A stretch of DNA of 64,000 nucleotides from Lingula anatina (lineage: Eukaryota; Animalia; Brachiopoda), in assembly GCA_051362555.1 (NCBI GenBank), contig CM120642.1, positions 21,514,001-21,578,000 on the forward strand, written 5' to 3'. The notes under the pieces are model-generated. The model saw only the letters and a program-made list of their open reading frames with translations. It ran no database searches and was not told the DNA's origin. Shown here one piece after another: positions 1 to 12,445 of this stretch. Position 1 is the first letter of the stretch. The number at the start of each line of letters is the position of its first letter. The translations under genes and the position numbers were made by a program.

Positions 1-129
1 AATTCTAAATCATTCTTACGTACATGGAGATTAAAATGTATTAAAATAAATGAAGCGAGAGAGAGCGAGAGAGGTTGAACAATAGGAATGGAACTATATA
101 CGGCTTTTCGGAGTTTACTTGTGAATGAC

Positions 130-260
130 TACCCTCTACCAGGGCGACTGATAGATTTTTACGGATATTCACAGATATGTCTCTAGCTAGACAATCTATC
201 TAGCTAGAGACATATCTGTGAATATTCGTAAAAATCTATCAGTCGCCCTGGTAGAGGGTA
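130..260. mobile_element. 131-bp near-perfect palindromic MITE with 9-bp TSD (MULE/Mutator-like)
   Basis: TACCCTCTACCAGGGCGACTGATAGATTTTTACG... is mirrored by ...CGTAAAAATCTATCAGTCGCCCTGGTAGAGGGTA. GTGAATGAC flanks both sides (121-129, 261-269). A 9-bp TSD is typical of MULEs. The same terminus recurs at ~40909-40924 and ~42795-42810. Confidence 0.85.
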
Positions 261-1499
261 GTGAATGACCCTTAAATCGGGGCTTAAGTAAGCTCAGTAT
301 CTGAGGGTATTTCTAAGTGCAAAAAAAAAGGAAGCCAAGAAATGAAGTTGCCTCGTACACAATTTTTTGCGTGCACTTCTTTTGTTTACGTACTAAAAGA
401 GAGGAATGTCAAGACTCGCATACCGCCCCCGGTTCCTCTGTTTGAACCCCTTTGACTTATCTGCTGACAAACCGACTTTTCTCGACCTGAGCTCAAAACT
501 ACGGAAGATTTTTACCTAATCTGGGTTATAGAAACGAGTGAGAGATGTTTCTCTATAACAGATTAGTTGAAAAAAATACCGAGAGAAAAAAGCTTCATTT
601 TCAGTGTCACTTATGAAACATTAATATACTGCACGTAGAATATTAACGTAGCATCCATTTAAAATTTATATATAATAAAAAGATAATTTTTTACCAATGT
701 TATGAAATACAGTATAAAATGTTTAACGAACAACTTCATTAAATTAAACCAAGAATTTCAAGTCTTTGATTAGACCAGCCCGACTTATTGCTATTCACAC
801 GTAATTGAAATCTGGAGTTTTTATACTTATGAAGTACTAAAAATATATCGCATATTAAAGCTCGAAAGATTGTTAACGCATTGCATAAAATTTTCAGTTT
901 TAATTTGTCAGTTTTAATTGTGTAGTTTATTTGAAAACAACAGTTTTCACGCACGCTCCTGTCAATATACAGAGACGGGCTACTTATTGCCCCGGCCCTT
1001 TATAAGGAACGAACAAAACCGGTAGTTTTTAATTTTACCTGGTTTTACCTGGTCACTAACATCATTATCTCGGCCTTTCTCTCTCCGTAGCTCATGAAAA
1101 AGATGGCAAGGTTTTACTTTTTATACCATTCGTTTCTCTAAAAATGACCCAAAAATATTCATTGGGCCGGTGTAAAAGAACATGAGTATGCTTAAAGTAA
1201 TATGTTCAGTTCGTATACGAAGATCCGATTTCGTACGAGCACCAAAGAAAGGATCATGGAGCAACAAACATCGACAACAACGCTAATTCATGTATAGTCA
1301 TTTTACACCATATCCAGAAAAAGAATGACAACTGATTTTTAGTACAATTAAAAACGCTTGTGAAAGAAACCGGGACTCTTTCATGTTGTTAAATTTCGGT
1401 CTCTCGGTTGAAATAAAAAACCCGATGGTTTTTAACGCGCTGCAAGAAAAAAAAAAAGAAAAGAAAATGCCCCCTACCCCCAGAATGTTACGACATGTA

Positions 1500-1915
1500 T
1501 TGTTATAGACAGGTATGAATCAAATTCAAACAGGCTAATTCAGCTTTGATGGAAGCTGTCAAGCGCACACGAATATGAATGACAGTTTTTTTAAACAAAC
1601 GTCAAACACAATTACTACACTCTTCTCTCCGAACATGTAAAAACCCCTATATCCTTTGATTGACAAGATGCCAATCAAATTCATTAGTTTTGATAGCTGC
1701 TGTCAAGTAATTACAGCTTGATTGGCAGGTTATATAAACAAACGTCAATCACAATCATTACACGGTGGATCACTATAGTCGTCGAACACATTTAGTTCAA
1801 CCTTCCTACACCCTTTGATTGACAAGGTGCCAATCAAATTCAGTAGTTTTGGTAGTTGCTGTCAAAAAATAACAGATCGATTGGCAGGTTATATAAACAA
1901 ACGTCAATCATCGCG
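1500..1915. repeat. Degenerate tandem triplication of a ~145-160-bp unit
   Basis: AAACAAACGTCAA recurs at 1593, 1736 and 1895. CCTTTGATTGACAAGRTGCCAATCAAATTCA recurs at ~1653 and ~1813. Confidence 0.8.
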
Positions 1916-2302
1916 CACTGTGATTTCTCTCGCTGTGAAACAGTGAGTACGCCAAAAGAGAGCGCTAAAATCTGAAGTTAGTAATTAAATTGCAAAATAT
2001 TTCAAGAGAAAATGTGCAACATGTTTCCAAAACTAGTTCTCTTTTTGAACCCTTCAGCGTCTCTAATACGACACTCTAGATTACAAACTATTTTGTAAAA
2101 AGAAGAATTTAGCGAAAGAAGCCAATTTAAAAAGCAGATTCAAGTAAAGAAATATGACATTTGACGTTATTCTGGAGGTAGCGCATGGGTCATGTCAAAA
2201 TTAGTTAAACTATGTTCCCCAGTATGTGCGTGGAAGAAGGAAGTATTTTTGCATTATGTGTGGAATATTGACAGGTTCTTTTACTGTCAAAGACTTCCTG
2301 CG

Positions 2303-2342
2303 AATAAATAAATAAATAAATAATAAATAAATAAATAAATAA
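2303..2342. repeat. (AAAT)n microsatellite
   Basis: Direct reading, about 10 units. Confidence 0.9.
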
Positions 2343-2968
2343 AACGACACTATGTCATCTTCATGAAAGGTGACGTTCGTGTTGTGGTTGAGGTAAGTGG
2401 TTTAATTTTTGCGGGGTTAAATGTTGGCAAGGACCTATGATAATAAGATAAGTGGATGGGAAAGAAAAATATAACTGTAAACAAAAATATTACTATCCCA
2501 TTTAACAAATAAACCGCTACTTCGCTCTTGTAACTATTTTGTTGGTTTATTTTACTGCAGTAAAGGGTGGATAAAATAGTTCAAAACGCCCTCACAGTGC
2601 CCTTGTTTATGCAACTTCAGCTGCTGGGGTTAGGTGAAGGGGCGAGGACAGGTGTGATTTATTTTTCAGAAACCGAAAAGTCATGACCCCCCCCCCCCCC
2701 CCCTCTAAATCGCCACTGGTTTATTATAACTAGCCAATCCTCCAGTCATTTCAAGCGGTCAATACACGTCTTCAACACATATCTTAAATCACATGATTAT
2801 ATATTTGACATGCCAGTACAACACTTAAAGGACATTCAATTTTATCTTATATAAAAATTTAAAGCGATACATGTATTTTATTTCCTCGAGAAATGATATT
2901 TTGACAAAGGGGACCCGGTCCATATGTAAAAAAACTTTTTATACGCGGTAATATTCTGACGTTTGTCT

Positions 2969-3028
2969 TGTCTCAACATGGTTGTGACGTCTACCACGAA
3001 ATTGATTGAAAATGTGCTAGATGTGACA
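2969..3028 (+). other. Conserved 60-bp element, copy A (function unknown)
   Basis: TGTCTCAACATGGTTGTGACG-N23-TGTGCTAGATGTGACA. Four other copies occur in the window. Confidence 0.8.
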
Positions 3029-3399
3029 AGCCGTTGGCCACTGTAAATGCATATAGTAGGCCATAATAACCGATTTTTAACCATTTACCTAAAATATCTT
3101 GTTAAAGGGTTTTTAAAGCGCGTCTTTTTGGTACTTCTGATCCTCATCTACTGATACGGATAGTTGAAATTGTAATATAAAGTTCATGGGCGTAACTAGG
3201 CATACGCACGGATGCACTGTGCGTACAATTTTTTGAGCCAATCATGATATTATTCTCTATAAATTTAGTGTATTTTTCACGAAAAAATAATCGAAAATCC
3301 TCTTCGATTGCAAGTTAGAGTCACCTGAATGTACAAATCTTCTGTATGAATCGTATACGCACCATTGTTCTGACGCCCCCCGTCTCGTTTGCTTTCACA

Positions 3400-3750
3400 G
3401 AACTGAGGTAAATAAACAATACTAGCTACCTCCAGAAGTCCTATCTTCCTTTGCCTCTTAATTGGAGGTTTGAATGCCCTTCAACTCTCAGGTAGCCTTT
3501 GTCTTAAGTGTGTCGAATGCACACTCGCTGGCGAGATTTATCTCAGATAAAAATCTACCTGTGTTATTTTCAAAGAGCAGCTCCAGCAGACCTGGGGACA
3601 CTAGATAAAATCTGGACAACGGGCTTTATCAGGAGCCAGAGAAACAAAAAAATATTTCCTGCAAAGCTCTAAAGAATTTTGACACGGACTTGACCCGGCT
3701 TAACCCTCTAAACTAACAGGGTGATATGGGCAATTTTCACAAACAAACAG
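3400..3750. repeat. Dispersed repeat; inverted copy at ~52300-52670
   Basis: For example, CTAACAGGGTGATATGGGCAATTTTCACAAACAAA here vs TTTGTTTGTGAAAATTGCCCATGTCACCCTGTTAG at ~52300. Colinear similarity extends over ~350 bp. Confidence 0.75.
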
Positions 3751-3838
3751 AGCTTTATCCTGTAATATAATTATTTGATTTTGGATGATACCATATATAA
3801 GTTCAACTTTTAGAAGATTCATCATTAAGCTGACCATG

Positions 3839-4291
3839 CAGGGCCGTAGCCTGAGCAAAATGCCGGGGGGGGGGGGGGGCAGTAAGCGGAAACGAGGGGG
3901 CGAAGCCCCCGAGGGGGGAGGGGGTGCCCCCCTCCCACGGTGTGGAAAATTTTTAAAAACTGTACGTATAATACTGCATTCTGGTGCATTTTAAATGTTA
4001 TTTATTAGTCAATCATAAGTCAGAAATTGTGGGTTCATTTTGCCATAAGTACAGTCATTTTTTTCACACAACACGGAGGGTGAGCTTTTTGGCATAAACT
4101 GAGTTGGCTAAAAACAGTACACCTTTGTAAACAGATTGTTGAATGATTGTCTAGTGGCCATGAGTGCCTTTTCTCACAGAATTGATACAAACTTTGCAAT
4201 TATTTTTTTTACCTTTGCGATCATTTTTTTGCACCCCAATTTCCAGGGGGGGCAGCTGCCCCCCCCCTGCCCCCCGGAGGCTACGGCCCTG
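3839..4291. mobile_element. MITE (CAGGGCCGTAGCC TIR), 5-bp TSD CCATG; same family as 42223-42719
   Basis: 13-bp TIR CAGGGCCGTAGCC/GGCTACGGCCCTG. CCATG at 3834-3838 and 4292-4296. The internal sequence is highly similar to 42223-42719. Confidence 0.9.
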
Positions 4292-5856
4292 CCATGGATA
4301 GCAAGAAGGTGTAAGAATCCTACAACGATCAACTGTTCTTAAGATTATTTTCTGACAACTCGGGATAACCGCAACAAACCACATCGAACAAAGGTGCCTC
4401 ACCGTTATTTAGAATTTAGCTTGATACAAGCGGGCATAATTTGCATATGTTTTCAAAGTTTGTGTCAGTAAGCCCCTAGTTCAATAAATATACCATTCTA
4501 AGCAAGGCTTTTTGCAGCGAGCTCTCCAGCTGCCAATTGAACGGCCGCTGTCATCACTGGACGGCCTATGTTTTCAAATTTAGAAGGCTGGATGGCTTAC
4601 GATTAAAAAAGTCTTGACTTGTCGGGGCAGCTGTGGACGTCGTATGAAAATCCATTGCAGTAATTTGACGTATGAATATTATACTACTTTGTAGTGCACG
4701 CTGTTTTTCAGTCACGACGTAACTACTACCTAAAGCTTACAAAACACAATAAAATGTTTCCATTGACTTTAAAATATATAATGCAGAAGTGACAAGAATG
4801 ATCTACATTCGGTACAAAACACGTGTAGGCCCTAAATGAAATATGACCTAACTTGCCGCCAAATTATGAAAGGGGACACCTTTCGGATCTTTATACGTAT
4901 GGCACCTGACAAAGCTAATACATAATAAAGGCAATTTTTATATCTTCGGCGAGAGATTGTTCGCAATCCGAAAGAGACGAGAAGGCAATTTTCATATTTG
5001 TTCAAGAGACTTCGTTAACCGAGGATCGGGAACAAGAGATAGTTACCGACCGCAGCGAGATGAGAAGCCAATTTTCGTATCTTCAGCAGGAGATCGAGCA
5101 TGATCTGAGCGAAAAGAGAAAGCAATTTTCTCATTCGTTCAATGGACTTCGTTCGCAGAAGATCATCAGCCAGAGATCGTTCGCGATCCGAGCGAGACGA
5201 GAAGGCAATTTTTATATTAATACAAGGGCGTTCTTTCGTGGAAGAGCGTGACGGGAGATCGGTATCAATTATTTTTAACCCACTTTCCCAATGAAATTTA
5301 TTATTAAAAAAAGATTCCATTAATTTTTACCCCACCCCCACCCCCGCTCACGGCTTTTGGAAAAGTTTGAGGCCCTGAAATTTTGAAGTAAGATACAGAT
5401 GGCAATTATGTATGGCCTGTACCCCAATCCCGGAAAAAGCGTTGCTTCTGGGTGAAATAATTTACTGGAACTTAATTATATTGAGGGAATATTTTAAACT
5501 TTAAGTAATGATTTTATAAACGGTGAAAACTAAGCTATTATATTTGGCACATATAATTTAAACTGCCCTTCATCTTTTGCGTAAGTCGATCTACATTTAG
5601 CTATACCTGGGAATTTAAAAATTCTGTGCGTACAATTTTAAAAGGTCTGGTTACGCCCCTGAAGTTTTTCATGAATCTTTCAAATGTAATATTACTTGTA
5701 AGATATACTATCAACACACAAGACACGATGCATTTTTCACTTGTGTCTTACATGTACGACAAGACGCAACACCACATACAATGAGGGATTTTTTCATGAT
5801 TTGGTCACTTATTCAGTGGGTCTAAGAGGGAGGGGGCCACATTTTGGCTTCTGTCC

Positions 5857-5915
5857 TGTCTCAACATGGTTGTGACGACAACCACAGATTTCGTGGAAAT
5901 GTGCTAGATGTGACA
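5857..5915 (+). other. Conserved 60-bp element, copy B
   Basis: TGTCTCAACATGGTTGTGACG-N22-TGTGCTAGATGTGACA. The ~250 bp downstream is paralogous to the flank of copy A. Confidence 0.8.
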
Positions 5916-7198
5916 AGCCCTTGGCAGCTGTAAATATGTACATATAGTAGGTCATTAAATCAACGGTTTTTATTCATTTATCTCAATAAAGAATATCGTT
6001 AAAATGTTTTAATGCATGTCTCTTGGCACTTTGGTACCTCATCTACCGATCAGAAATAAGAGAAGACAAATGTAGAATGAAGTTGTTCATAAATCTGTAA
6101 TAAGTACTACTTGCAATGTATAATACCATAGCGCGAGACACAGTGTGTTTTATGTGTGTGTCATACTACACTGTTTTACATTTGTCGAGCGAAGAGAGAG
6201 ACATTTTTATCATATGTCACCCTGTCTCTTTCAACACAAAGTCTTAGATCCCCGAGTGAAATACATAGGTTTTGGTGACATGATGAGAATCTCTCTTCGT
6301 CGAGGTACATTCTAATTCACTAAAGACTGGGACTCACAGTGATGTTAGCTGGTACCTCACGACAACCATGATTATATTTTAACCGAGGATGCTTATCATG
6401 AGTGTTGCATCTGAATTTTCTTGATTATTTATATCATATGTGTTCACAGAAAAATAATTTTCGGATAACAGTTTAGTCTGCAATAAAAATGACAAATATG
6501 TATCATGCAGTTAATTTTTAGAAACGAGATAAATGAATATGCTCTTAGTTAAAAAGTAAAAATAAAGTCAACTGGTAATTTACTGCATTTGGATTGCAGA
6601 AAAAAAAACATGCAGTCACATATATGATCCCTGAATTTGACAGTTTTTTATTTTCTACAACTATAAATTTCAAACCTTGTCAATTTAGACTTGTTTTCTA
6701 ACTGGTCATTGTAAGTGACGTCAAATTCTACAAACATGATGCCTACCACATTCAAAAAGGACATCCTTTTTCAAATGATAGGCAAAGAAATTACATTGTA
6801 GTTTAATACCAGTGGCAGATTTAGGGGGTGTGTCAGTGGGGGTCCTGACCCCCCCCCCCCCCCCCCCCCCTTCGATATCTGAGAAAAATCACACCAAATC
6901 ACACCTCCACACCAGAGAAACGCATTATTTGCATTCGGGAGTTTTCTGGGTAAAATATTTCATTGATTTTATGGTACGGCAGCTATGGATATGTTTTTAA
7001 ATGAATTAGGCCTACTGGGTCATGACAGGCTTTCTCAATGATTTGCTATTATAACTGTTCTTTAATAACTACCAGAAACTTTTGCTGTTTATTTTTAAAA
7101 ACGCGTGTGAAAACGAAGAACCAGAAACAGACCTCTTTCAGGCTGCTTTACTTCAAGTGTAGTATAGTTGTTCTCAAAAATTGCATTGTAGGTGCAAT

Positions 7199-8174
7199 CA
7201 GTGGCGGATTTAGGGGGGGGGGGGTCAGGGGGGTCCAGACCGCCCCTTCGGTTTCTGAAAAATATATCGCACCAATATTCCCCTCTTAAAATTAGCATTT
7301 TGACTAACTAAATAATAGTCCTAAACTGTACAAAAGGGCACTATTGGCTCTACAAAACACCAAAAAAAATTCGGGGTCCTTCAGCAGAGCCCACCCTGAG
7401 CTTCAGAGATAACTTGACACTAACCTCTTCACTATAGCCTATCTTCATCGTGTCAAGTTACATGTTAGTGTCAAGTTATCTCTGAAGCTCAGGGTGGCAG
7501 AGCCTGAACCCCACACCAAGGGGGCTATGGTCATCAGAGGCCTGTCGTTCCGCCCCCCCCCCCCGCCCCCCTTCGGTATGACAATGTAACAAAGAAGAAT
7601 GTGCAGAGACAAGCGTGCCCGCATACATGCCAACGCACGCACTCACCTAGTTGCGCCGACGGACAGCTATCAACAGTTTAAGACTATCATTGTTGTTGTT
7701 GTTTACGTTGTTGTGCGTGTGTGCGTGAGACGTCATACATGCACGCATGTTTGTTCTTACGTCGGAATTATTTTTAGATTGCCATACAGAGTTTAATATC
7801 CGACAATACATACATTACCTTTGTTTTTAATAACTGTTAGCTGCTTTCAACTTATGGTGAGTCAACACCTATTTTTCTTACTGTATATTATGTTACAATT
7901 AAAAAGAAAAGGGACAAAAGATTGGAGTTGTCTTCAAATTATTGGTAAAAAATATCCACGTAAAAAAATATCTACGTAATACATGAAATTAGAATTTTGA
8001 CTATCTGAGTCATAGTTCTAAACCGTATCAAATGACACCGTTCGCCTTCTAAAATACTAAAAATTTTCGCCCCCCCTCAGCGGGCCCCGAACCCCACGCC
8101 AAGATTTGGGGGGGGGGGGGTGGGCGCTTCGCATCCGGGAAAGCCCCCTTCAAACAATCCTGGATCCGCCCCTG
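7199..8174. mobile_element. hAT-like MITE (CAGTGGCGGAT TIR), 8-bp TSD GGTGCAAT
   Basis: CAGTGGCGGATT ... GGATCCGCCCCTG, with GGTGCAAT at 7191-7198 and 8175-8182. CAG ends plus an 8-bp TSD are hAT hallmarks. A related orphan left end lies at 6810 and an orphan right end at ~2700-2718. Confidence 0.85.
7392..7496. mobile_element. 105-bp MITE with 33-bp perfect TIRs, 8-bp TSD, nested in the 7199-8174 element
   Basis: CACCCTGAGCTTCAGAGATAACTTGACACTAAC and its exact reverse complement. GCAGAGCC at 7384-7391 and 7497-7504. Confidence 0.85.
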
Positions 8175-10507
8175 GGTGCAATTACATAGTAGGTGCCAAA
8201 CATAAAGCTTAGTTAGCTTGTGACGCATTCTAAATGAATGGCTTAATTTTTGGGCCCACCCCTTTAGTAAAAAAAAAAAAAAAAAAAAATATATGACCCC
8301 CCCCCCCCACTTTCTCCGCCCCCACCCCGTACTTTATGATGATCATCATCATTATCCCGATCCTCCGCATATCGAAGATTGTCGGCACACTCCATGGACC
8401 AAGCCCCTCTACTTCTTTCTATCAACTGTCATCCTCGAGACCTCTGTTAAACTTTTTCTTGTCTATTTGTATGTTGGTTTTCCATCAAAACCTTGGCCAG
8501 TCACGTTTTCTTTTTATTGGGACGCTTAGAAATGTTGATGTAAACAACTGTAGTTTTTCCAATGGCAACTTTATGATCAGTCCCTCAACAAAGATATATA
8601 GCAGTTACTTTTTATAAGCACCTCAATATTAGGAATCGTTCAGGAAAAAGGATACAGGATAGATATAAGTAAAGTAACAGAGTGTAGAGGATTAACGTTG
8701 TCTGGATAGGGCATACATGTACAACACATTGGAGTATTGGGGGGGGGGGGGGGGGAGGGGGGGGCGTAACCTCAGGCCCTTCTGGCTGTTACTAAATTCA
8801 TCCCAGGAGCAGGGAATATCGGATTCCCTGCCCGGAGCGAGTCGAGCATTGGTTCGTAATTAGAAAAAAAAGACTCTTGAGAAATATATGATTTGGTAGC
8901 TTCAATTATATTTTACTATTATTAATATTATCAATTGATTTAATATCAAAATACAGATTAATCAAGATCACCACCTTTGAAATCTCTGGTTTGGGCATCA
9001 CTTCCTGTCAGCTTTATTACTAAAGACAATCTAATTTGCATATAAGAGAAAAAAAGCCGTTTTTATCTTGTGTTGGGTTCTTTACATATTTTTTCATTAT
9101 TTTAAAAAAGCAATGTTCCTTTTTTTACTGACACATTTATAAATATTTTATCAATATGTGTAATTTATTAATTTTATAATCATAAAAAAGACACATTCCA
9201 GACGTGTATGACGTAATCTCTCCCAAGTCATAAAAGTAGTAAAATAGCGCTGACTGGTGAAGTAGGTCAATTGCCTGTGTTTTTCTCCCATACGATTATT
9301 GATTTTTTTTTAACGTGGAACATTTTGGGGGGAGGATGAAGAGAGAGAGGGGTCGAATTACCAAAAATAATTGGCATGCCTAGAATAACTACAGGTAAAA
9401 TATACTGCAAATTTAAGAAAAGGAAAAAAACAAGATGCATTCATTCAATTGCAGCGAGTACAAGTTTACAGATTTAATGAGATCTTTGTATTTCATCTGC
9501 CTCTCCCTAAAATGGCGCTGACCGCGTTAACTTCCTCCCGGGAAACGCAGAGAATCCAGCGCCTAGTGGCAGCAAGAGACCCGACAACGATAGTGGATAT
9601 ACGTACACAGTAGCTGGGGTGGGTTAGGAGGGGGTTAAATCTCCCCCCCCCCCCCCAACACACACATTTCCAACCACGTCAGTATTCAGCAGAAAGAGTG
9701 TGGTGGACTAACATTATATACTTTCCCTCAGCTCGAGGAAGACAGTACCAGGGACACTCAGGTAAACTGATTAGAGATGTGGTCAGCAGTGAACTGGATG
9801 CAGTGGTCATTGTCACTGTCAGTGGGTTATATTGATATTATTATTACTTGATCTATTTGGTATCAATGCTATGTTTATCAATATCTTTCTGGGATCAGGC
9901 ATGGAATTTCTGTCACCAAATTTCTGTTATGTCTAAAAGTTCGAATCACTCTGGGAATCTGCAGAAAGGATGGAAAAATCAGTGTGCGGAGAGGAATAGA
10001 AAAGCTTTTTTTCCCCGGGATCACTTTTCCATGTTTTGAAATCAACATATTCAATTCTAAATCGGCAGAACTGTTTACTTTTGAAATGCATTCTTTTATT
10101 TTGGTGAAAAAAAAAAAAAAAAATTTTAACCAGTACACTTACACATGTAGCTGTATTTTCCTGTGGCCAGTGTAGATAGCCACAGTTAACACCTGATGAC
10201 AGCATCCAGGTCTTGGAATAGAAATTACAGTTAGGAAATTTTGACATGATTATGTTTAAATATTATGATGCAAGAATATCATTTTCTTTGCTTCAGGTAT
10301 CGTACACATGTACACGTTGTATTTTGTTGAAAAGAAAAACTTACTTTGATTTCTTTCTACAGAGGGTCGACTTAAATTTGACCTTGTTTGATTTATATTT
10401 ATGGCTATATCAACAAAAAATTTGTAAACGGAGAAGTTATTTGCTTTTTAAAAATGATATAATTGTTTAGATAAACTTTTTTAAAAATTCAACTTCTTAA
10501 TTTTCAG

Positions 10508-10595
10508 GAAGTTGACGCTAGATGGCAGCGTTGATGTTTGTGACAAAATGATAGATGCAGATGTGTTGAATCCATTGTTTGCTCTGCAAAAAGAA
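10508..10595 (+). pseudogene. HEATR3: HEATR3-like exon (88 bp, phase 2 to 0), open frame
   Basis: ttttcag|G AAG TTG ACG...AAA GAA|gtaag. It completes the Arg codon AG|G from the donor at 9761 and carries the VCD.M...D...PL.AL.KE motif. Confidence 0.8.
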
Positions 10596-11091
10596 GTAAG
10601 TGCATGCTCTTTATCTAAAAAATAATGTCTGATTTTCAATAAATTGTTATAAATTTTGTAAAAGGTGCTGAAATGTGAAACTTACTAAAAAATGCAGAAA
10701 ACTTCTTTACAGCCCATACAATGGGTCAAAGTTATGAGGGAAGAAAATCATTATGGTCACTTTATCATTGTATAACACCAGATAGAACTTTGCCTCACAA
10801 AGGTTTCTCTTGTTATGTTAAAAAATGAGCATTTAAATAACAATAATTGCTGTTTTATAATGGGAAGACATTGGAAATTGTGATTTCAACTGTTGCGGTT
10901 GTATTATAATACATAGGGACCATTCAGAATGAGAAGAGCAGAGTGCTAGCTAGGCCACGGCCTAAATATGGCAGACCTACATGAAAGGAAGACCGCTTAA
11001 TCCTGTAATGGTCTCTCCACCTCTAACAGGCCTCCCCATGCATCGTCCCCACAGGGCCACAGTAATTTAATCTTGGTTCATTTCAACCAGT

Positions 11092-11722
11092 TACAGTTGC
11101 ATTATGGGAATACATTGAGCATTGTGACATCAACAATTGCAGTTGTATTATGGGAATACATTGAGCATTGTGACATCAGCAATTGTGGTTGCATTATGGG
11201 AATACATTGAGCATTGTGACATCAGCAATTGCGGTTGCATTATGGGAATACATTGAGCATTATGACATCAGCAATTGTGGTTGCATTATGGAAATACATT
11301 GAGCATTGTGACATCAACAATTGCAGTTGTATTATGGGAATACATTGAGCATTGTGACATCAACAATTGCAGTTGCATTATGGAAATACATTGAACATTG
11401 TGACATCAACAATTGCAGTTTCATTATGGGAATACATTGAACATTGTGACATCAACAATTGCAGTTGCATTATGGGAATACAGGTACATTGAACATTGTG
11501 ACATCAACAATTGCAGTTTCATTATGGGAATACATTGAGCATTGTGACATCAACAATTGCAGTTGCATTATGTGAATACATCGAGCATTGTGACATCAAC
11601 AATTGCAGTGGCATTATGGGAATACATTGAACATTGTGACATCAACAGCTGCTGCTGTATTTTGGTAAGAGATTGAACATTGTGACATCAGCAAGTGGTG
11701 TTAGATTATTGAGAATACATTG
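11092..11722. repeat. 46-bp minisatellite, ~13 copies (array 1)
   Basis: Unit ATTATGGGAATACATTGAGCATTGTGACATCAACAATTGCAGTTGC. Confidence 0.95.
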
Positions 11723-12177
11723 CTTTTTTCACTTGCTTAGTATATTATTCAGTCATATTGTTTATCAATCATATTGTCATATTTTTACTGTTTTATGTAC
11801 ATCGTGCCTGTATATGTAGCCATCACTTGCATCTGTTGTTGCTGTTGTTGTTGTCCCCAACATTTTTGTTATCGCTGTGCACTTTCATTGTCAGTAAGTG
11901 GAAAACTGGTAGATCTGTTGTCTTCAAACTGGCAGAACTGATGAACATTTGTGATAAACAGGCATAATTCAAAAATTGGCATGCTCCCACCAATTTTTTT
12001 CTCAAAGGTTAATCTTTTTTTTTCACTTTTATCAGCATGTATGCAATACAAGCAACACATTTCAAGGAAAACCAATAGGCTTTTTGTTTTCAAACCTTCA
12101 GGAGTGATCAGTATTATTGTTATGCGTTTTTTTTTTTTTTTGGTTGGTTTGTTTGTTTTTTGGCATGTATTATAATA

Positions 12178-12445
12178 CATGGGCAGATCCAAGATTATTT
12201 GAAGGGGTGTCTGCAGATGTAATGTCGACCTTCCCCCCCCCCCCCCCGTGCAACATATATACACACACACACTTGGCACGGGGTTTTGGGCCTTTCAGAG
12301 GGCACTGAAAAATTCTGGTATTTTAGAGGGCGAACGGTGCCATGCATATGATTCAGCTAGTCAAAATTCTAATTTCAAGAGGAGACCAGAAATTGTAAGG
12401 GGGGGTTCAGGACCCCCCTGACCCCTCCCTCTAAATCTGCCACTG
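12178..12445. mobile_element. MITE with CA(T/G)..GGCAGAT TIR, 5-bp TSD TAATA
   Basis: CATGGGCAGATCC ... AAATCTGCCACTG, with TAATA at 12173-12177 and 12446-12450. Confidence 0.7.

Larger units (their letters stand above)
3185..5661. mobile_element. ~2.5-kb non-autonomous TIR DNA element with nested insertions, 5-bp TSD
   Basis: TIRs are CATGGGCGTAACTAG / CTGGTTACGCCCCTG, with AAGTT on both sides (3180-3184, 5662-5666). Joining the flanks restores a sequence colinear with the paralogous segment at ~5850-6170, which is the empty site. Confidence 0.75.

Noticed and set aside
2935-2990. PSE+TATA (type-3 Pol III) promoter on the minus strand at copy A
   Set aside because: TATAAAAAG occurs only beside copy A, and no recognisable snRNA follows.
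3785-4402. Gly/Pro-rich ORFs in MITEs (also ~6812, 7038, 42326-42777, 43320-43689)
   Set aside because: They derive from poly-G/C tracts of non-coding MITEs.
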